From Lingula anatina (taxonomy: Eukaryota > Animalia > Brachiopoda): 64,000 nucleotides of DNA. The stretch lies in NCBI GenBank assembly GCA_051362555.1, contig CM120643.1, positions 10,230,001 to 10,294,000 of the forward strand. Direction: 5' to 3'. The notes beneath the pieces are model-generated. The model worked only from the letters and a program-made list of their open reading frames with translations, had not been told where the DNA came from and searched no databases. Every line of letters starts with the position of its first letter. Position 1 is the first letter of the stretch. Below are positions 60,676-64,000 of the stretch, piece by piece. A program made the translations under genes and the position numbers.

Positions 60676-62185
60676 GATTAACGAACTGAAAAGCTCTGTG
60701 ATACAGGTTGTAGCAAAATGTCACTGTCTTTTGGCGACTCCTGAAGGTGAACAATGTCATATAATTGCTGGGGGATCCAGGATTTTGCTGGGTGGGTGGG
60801 TGGGTGGGAGGGTGGAATATATAGGGTGTGGACAAGTTTACTCTAATTCTACTCTAACATGTAGGGAATGCAAATTTGTTTGATTTTGTCTGGTTTTGCT
60901 TGTTAACTTAAAGGTAAGACTGACATTTAGCCAAGAAAAGTCTTAAGCATCAGAGGTAATAAATTATATTATATGTATTATATTGGATATAGTGGATTGT
61001 TATATGCGTCTTGTAGAAATAAGTTTTAGAAATAAGTTTGTAGTTTTTTTCCTTTACATATTTTTAAAGAAGTAATAAATCCCATCATTCCTGATTGCTA
61101 TCCATAATTCATCAGATATGGAGAATAAATGAATATATAACATATTTCGTCATATTTGTTTCATTGATAGTTGAAAAGATCTAAACAGAAACTTGGCTTC
61201 ACATTTGAACATTTCTCTTTATTACCGTCTATTGCACAACCTGACTGATGTACATAAAAGAAAGCTTTTAGGCAACATGTTATGTAGTATTAAATCTGTT
61301 TTACAGCAAGAGCACCAACAATGTGCAGTTATTATTAGAAAAATATTACATTCTGTGAAAAAGACCTCTACTTTGATAATACGTCTCACCTATAACCAAG
61401 TCCCATTCAGAACGCTACAACACAAAATAAAAATATACAAGACGATATAATCACAAGACAAAATACTGTTATCATTATAATCAATAATGATGGCAACAAA
61501 GCTACCTGTCGCATTAACATGATTATATGACAATAAACAATACTTTGACTTCACCTTACCACTCTGCATTAGAATTACAGTAGTAGCTTTTCTTCGAAAC
61601 AACAGCTTAACTTGAAGTTAATTACACTCCAATATTGCAATCTCACAAGACACCTTCAGGAAAACAACTGAAGATCAGTTAACACCTTTTAATTTATGAT
61701 AGATCCACAAATATTTAATTTATCTGTTGCCTGTTTCGTCTGTTCACTCACAACTAAATGACCTAATCAGGTAAAGGTGATCAGTCTTCACAATTAGATC
61801 GAGGGAATAAGGTAAGACTAAAACACCCTCGTGCAACTACTTGCATCTGCTAGAATCTTAAATTTCATTACATTGATTGGCTCAGCCCAAAACTCATGCC
61901 TTCAGATCTGTTAAAGTTGTAGCTTTTTTGCTTTTCATTACCTGCTTTCAAATTGATACCTCAAGGTTTTAACCAGCCGTTCCGCACTTTAAATTCATTT
62001 TAGATAAGATTGTAACCAGCTCAAATTTTTTATCTTCACCAAATATTGTATAATATATATATGAACAGCGACACTAACTCTGATCTTACTGTCATTTCAA
62101 CCCCTACCTTCCACCCCAACAGCCACCAACCTCAAACTGCTCTTGTTGTAGCTTGAACTCGTCAGCAACCTCCTTTAATTAACTA

Positions 62186-62358
62186 CAGGGGTGAATCCAG
62201 AGATATTTTCTGACAGTCTTCCAAATTATCTTCATTGATCCATCGGATCCTCCATTTTAGACTGTCTTCCGTCAAAAAAAATTAGATGCCCTTCAATGTA
62301 AACTTGAAAATCTGACCGTCTTCCAGAAGACCCAGAAGACGGCCTCAATCTGCCCCTG
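62186..62358. mobile_element. hAT-like MITE family B, copy 2
   Basis: CAGGGGTGAAT...ATCTGCCCCTG; flanks AACTA/AAGTA (5-bp TSD, one mismatch). Confidence 0.8.
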
Positions 62359-63030
62359 AAGTACATGCTATAGACATCATTTATCTGTATAATCTTGGGC
62401 CCCAATATTTAAACAGCCTTTATCTTTACAGTCAATTACAAGACTGACTTCTTCATCAATGATATCATACTCTGGAGGGAACTGTCACCACAATGATGGC
62501 CTCCAGCCAAGTGACACTAAAGCAATTCTGCCCTAGTATTGTGGACCATATGTCATTAAGGTTAATGACACTCAGTAAGGTTCTTAACAAATGTCAAGCA
62601 CCTGATTGTCAGAATGAACTCCAACTAGCTAGATCACTGTTTCTCAGCACACTGGGCAATATCAAGCATGAAATTTCAGTGTGTATATTTGCAAGAGGCC
62701 TGGGTTGAAAATTCTCCTTTTAAACAAAACTGTTCAGGAGAACCCATCAAAATGAACAACAGCTCTTAGTACTATAAAATTGTCATTATACACTAGACCA
62801 AGGTCAATGACATTGTCAAACTGAACATTGAGAACAAATCTAAAGTTTGACAGTCAAAACGGGCTGTGTCTTGAATATTTTTTTTAGATTTCTTGGATCA
62901 TTTTCAATTATATTATATTATATCTTGTCTCCATTTAAATGCTTGCATCATTCAGGTTTTCCCTTGCTTTCTCAGAGTATTGCCTTCATGCCACTGGAAA
63001 AATCTTGTGCCATCAGTGAGAGTTTTGCTA

Positions 63031-63527
63031 TCAAGCTTGATTGTAGGATGCTTGCCGTGCAGCCACCCAAGCTGTGAACACATCCCTGAAAAGAACAACA
63101 ACAACAAAAAATATATCATTTTCAAATATATCCAGTTTAAAATAAATTTTCTGTTGGGCCATTCTGAAACCATTTAAGGTCAGGTACAATTACAAACTAG
63201 AATAACAAACGGTATCAAAACATAAAATTACAGGTAGATTTTTTTCAATCTATATTTTCGTGTATAATTCATTATAAGTTTGTGTATAAATCTGCATACC
63301 TATTATCACTCTATCTATACCTGATCACTTGATACATTATATCTGAAGTATACAATATAGCCATACATATTTCATTATTAATTTTACCTGCAATGACTAA
63401 CGACACACTGACTACTGCAGTATTCTTGGTCCCACTGTGGGTTTTCTACACTCGGGTTATTGCAGCCATCTCGTAAACACACTGGCAAAGGAGAGGGCTC
63501 TTCTTTGGGGGCTTCTGGAGCAGGGAT
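63031..63527 (-). CDS. TOX4: TOX HMG-box family protein (TOX4-like), last two coding exons only
   Basis: Exons 63527-63388 and 63085-63031 encode CLRDGCNNPSVENPQWDQEYCSSQCVVSHCR|DVFTAWVAARQASYNQA*, matching the conserved Cys-rich C-terminus of TOX4. Upstream exons lie beyond the window. Confidence 0.88.
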
Positions 63528-64000
63528 CTGAAATGACCAAATGACATTTTATTGATTTATGGTGGACAAAATAAAAGACAATTAGGTTTTTAATTGATTC
63601 TGTTGACCCTTGTTGAATTAAATACACACAAATAAAAAATTATCATGTTGACTTCATGCCACTTTGAAAAAATGTTACCACCCAATGAAACAAATTTATC
63701 TTGCTGAAAAAAAAAGAAAAAAATTAAATATTTTCTTTTTTAATTTTGAAAATAAAAGGAAATGATGAAAATTAATATGCCAAATCTCTCACGAGTCTAC
63801 TAAACACTACTTTTGCTGAAATGCAGATATACCACTCTAATCTGCTTTTGTCTAAGATGCATCAAAGTGCATTACAAATGCAAAGAATACATTTTAAGCC
63901 CACATATACAAACAGAGATATATAACAAAACATTTAGATACATGCATGACAGAAGTACTACAAAAAGAACACTGCGTATATGAAGGATATAAATGTAAAG

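Overview
Eukaryotic (animal) genomic DNA, AT-rich and intron-rich, with many microsatellites and MITEs. The repeat types suggest an invertebrate, plausibly a mollusc or other lophotrochozoan (inference only). Six protein-coding genes were assembled by hand from GT-AG splice signals with phase checking: (1) a soluble cytochrome b5-domain gene (minus, 9932-15907); (2) a large uncharacterised HEAT/ARM-like gene with about 29 coding exons and about 1350 aa (minus, 20162-46170, non-coding first exon near 48608-48660); (3) UBE2V/MMS2 (plus, 48839-51158), head-to-head with gene 2; (4) a C2H2 zinc-finger gene with an intronless CDS, 13 fingers, an AT-hook and a KH-like N-terminal domain (plus, 53267-55918); (5) TMEM208/SND2 (plus, 58359-60675); (6) the 3' end of a TOX4-like HMG-box gene (minus, 63031-63527, running out of the window). 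Mobile DNA includes a 3.2-kb non-autonomous CMC/EnSpm element, a Helentron-type element, several hAT and PIF/Harbinger MITE families with verifiable TSDs, and degenerate LINE and transposase remnants. The best leads are the KH-like + zinc-finger architecture and its possible transcriptional coupling to UBE2V, a 188-bp-phased YY1 motif array inside a small spliced transcript, a uORF-loaded leader and a di-tryptophan acidic motif in the HEAT gene, and three separate tandem duplications of 5' splice sites in that gene. No tRNA, rRNA or CRISPR array was seen.
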